Below, in pieces: positions 61,693 to 64,000 of a DNA stretch of 64,000 nt. The position numbers were made by a program, and so were the translations under genes. Numbering within the stretch: position 1 is the stretch's first letter; the number at the start of each line of letters is the position of its first letter. Source of the stretch: Octopus sinensis (Eukaryota); contig NC_043005.1 in the NCBI RefSeq assembly GCF_006345805.1, positions 56,606,001 through 56,670,000 of the forward strand, written 5' to 3'. Below the pieces are notes generated by a model, which saw only the letters and a program-made list of their open reading frames with translations, was not told the origin of the DNA and searched no databases.

Positions 61693-62039
61693 ATGTACAT
61701 TTTCAACATTGCTCCGCGAACTCTAGTATTATCGGGTACTCTAGTATTATAACAGTTCGAAAGTTGTTACAATCATCAACACCACACACACACACACCCA
61801 CACCACACACACCCACACACCATACACACACACGTAATATTTTATTGTTTTGTAGCCAATTCGTGTTGTAACCAGCAATGTTTGTAGCATTTAAGCTAAC
61901 ACCATTTCGATTGTAACACTTGACTGTCTGTAACCAACAGTTTGCAACCAACACTGCCTGCATATCATATAAACTATTTGTAAGACTTGTCTGTCACACT
62001 TTACAGTCTATAACACAACACATACTGTAAGGGTATACT

Positions 62040-63560
62040 GTCACAGACTGTAACACCATACGAACTGTCCACCCAGCCTATTTTGGAATTTGCCTCGGCA
62101 ACCAACATAAATGTGTATCATAAATGTGAGGAAATGCTTCGCGACTGGACGAAAGGAAAATGAAAGGGCCTGCCGTTTGGAGTTCCTATGGTTTGGCGAG
62201 ACCCCAGGGACCACACAAGCCACTGTTATTTTATATGTTCAACACAAAAGATGTTGGCAAGAAAAATAGGTGTAAAGTATCTTACCCCAATATTCTTTCG
62301 GCAAGTAAACCTATTATGCACTCTGAGACACCCCCAATTCCAGTTTTCCTTTGGTTTACCTCTTCCTAAGATGAAGCTAAGGAACAAGAGTACGAGGTTG
62401 ATAACGAAGATCAATAAATTATTTAAGAATTCTAAGACCCCTTTGATGGTACCGAAAAATCAATTCCTCAACAGTTTAGCCAAACAGAACGGAATGATTT
62501 AGTTCGTGATTTGGAACTCTCCAAGGCTGCAGCTGAGATTCTCGCGTCCGGACTGCAAGTAAAACAGCTATTTAACCAAACTGAAAAAGTTTCTTATTTT
62601 TGAAAGCGAGACCAGATTCTTCTGTCGTTTTTTTTTTTTTTTGTTTTGCTTTGTTTTTCAGAAGAAAAACGTTTTGTTTACTACCACGATATTCCCGGTC
62701 TTCTCCAGGAATTAGGAATCCCCTCGCACAGTTCAACTTACTGGTGACTATTTCTAGACAGTTCGAAGCGCCGCTTAAAGTGTGTTCTCCTACACAACAG
62801 CAATTCTTATGGAGCTGTCTCGGTTAGTCACTCAGTGGGTTTGTAAAAAGATACAATGCCATAGAAATGGTTATTGACCAACTAAAATATCATGAGCACA
62901 ACTGGACCGTTAGTGTAGATTTGGAAGGGGTCAATTTCCTCCTCGACCAACAGAAGGTTTACACAAAGTATCCTTGCTATCTCTGCATGTGAGACAGCCG
63001 AGCTCGAGAGAAAAACTAGATTCAGAAAAAGTAGTCCATTTGTGAGACTCTGAAAACAGGCATGTCCAAATATTGTGAGTGATCCAACTGTCAGCCAAGA
63101 AAAATTGTTTTTCCCACCACTCCATATAAAGCTTGGCTTGATCAAGCAATTCACTAAGGGTGATGAAGGTTTTCAACATATGGTCTCTGAATTTCCTGGT
63201 TTGTCATTCTTGAAGATCAAAGCAGGTGTGTTTGACGGACTCAGATTCGTACCCTTGTACATGACGAGAATTTGTCGGAAAGATAATGACAAGACAAGAC
63301 AGCATGGTTGTCATTCGTAGTAGTCATAAAAAGTTTTCTTGCAAACAGAAAAGTAGAGGACTATGAAATTTCTTGTAAATAATATGCTGTCGGCTTTCTG
63401 TGATCTTGGGTGCAACATGAGAGTTAAATTCCACTTCCTGCATAGTCATCTCGATCAATTCCTTGAAACCTTGAAGGTGTAAGTGATGAACAATGGAAGA
63501 GCGTTATCAAGAACGATAGGATAAAACATGATGGCAGACTACTGCTAGAATATTAACGAG
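62040..63560 (+). pseudogene. Chapaev3-like (CMC superfamily) transposase pseudogene
   Basis: PMVWRDPRDH..CYF, NDLVRDLELSK, YPCYLC (CxxC), FPPLHIKLGLIKQF, KIKAGVFDG, KFHFLHSHLD (H-x4-H), SDEQ, MMADYC. The family name is from recalled motifs. Confidence 0.72.
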
Positions 63561-64000
63561 TTCTCCCTGTGTAAGTCTTCAAGCGCAAATTCTTGCCTGA
63601 ATAAGATCTATTTGTGTTTTATCTTCCATCCTAATCAGTTTCTCAACTATGTACACCTATCTTTGTATATAATATATATTTTCAACTGAAAAGTAGATGG
63701 CAAAAAAATACTGGTACGTGATAACATTTATTTTACTCAGAATCAAAATCAGAAATATCTTTATAGCCTAATTCTTTTTGTAGCATACTAACTCGTATAT
63801 ATGAATAAAGTTAGAATCTCAAAGCATAGATATTTGTTCTTTTCCACCTAGGTTGAAGATAGTATATCTAGAAATTTATCAACTGGATTACATCATACCT
63901 CAGGAAATATTCGAATCACTGTCTGTTTAGTCAGCGTTAAACTATCAGTTTAACGGATTTTTCTACCTGGCATTCGGTGCTTGGTGCCTGTTGTCGATGA

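Overview
Eukaryotic, AT-rich, microsatellite-saturated DNA. The SINE families resemble cephalopod (Octopus-like) repeats; that assignment is from memory, not from a search. No intact protein-coding gene, tRNA, rRNA or CRISPR array is supportable, and most ORF-track entries are microsatellite translations. The window is mostly decayed mobile elements. These include tRNA-derived SINEs, Tc1/mariner relics of five types (DD34E IR/DR, DD36E, DD37D maT and two mariner DD34D lineages), a Buster-type hAT with two hAT MITEs, a Chapaev3/CMC-like relic and non-autonomous Helitrons. Non-LTR retroelements include Tx1, RTE, R4/Dong-like and Penelope-like (PLE) copies. The main unexplained signal is about 17 minimal type-I hammerhead ribozyme (HHR) motifs, roughly one per 4 kb, from several unrelated sequence families. 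Several have intact cores, palindromic stem III and complementary stem I, and three copies share a CUGUNGA core variant. Four inverted repeats carry divergent sense/antisense HHR (or HHR-like) pairs. There are also about a dozen foldback palindromes, a PLE GIY-YIG endonuclease with a large Asn/Ser-rich insertion, and three weak candidate minus-strand exons. All coordinates were read by eye; boundaries marked approximate may be off by tens of bases.
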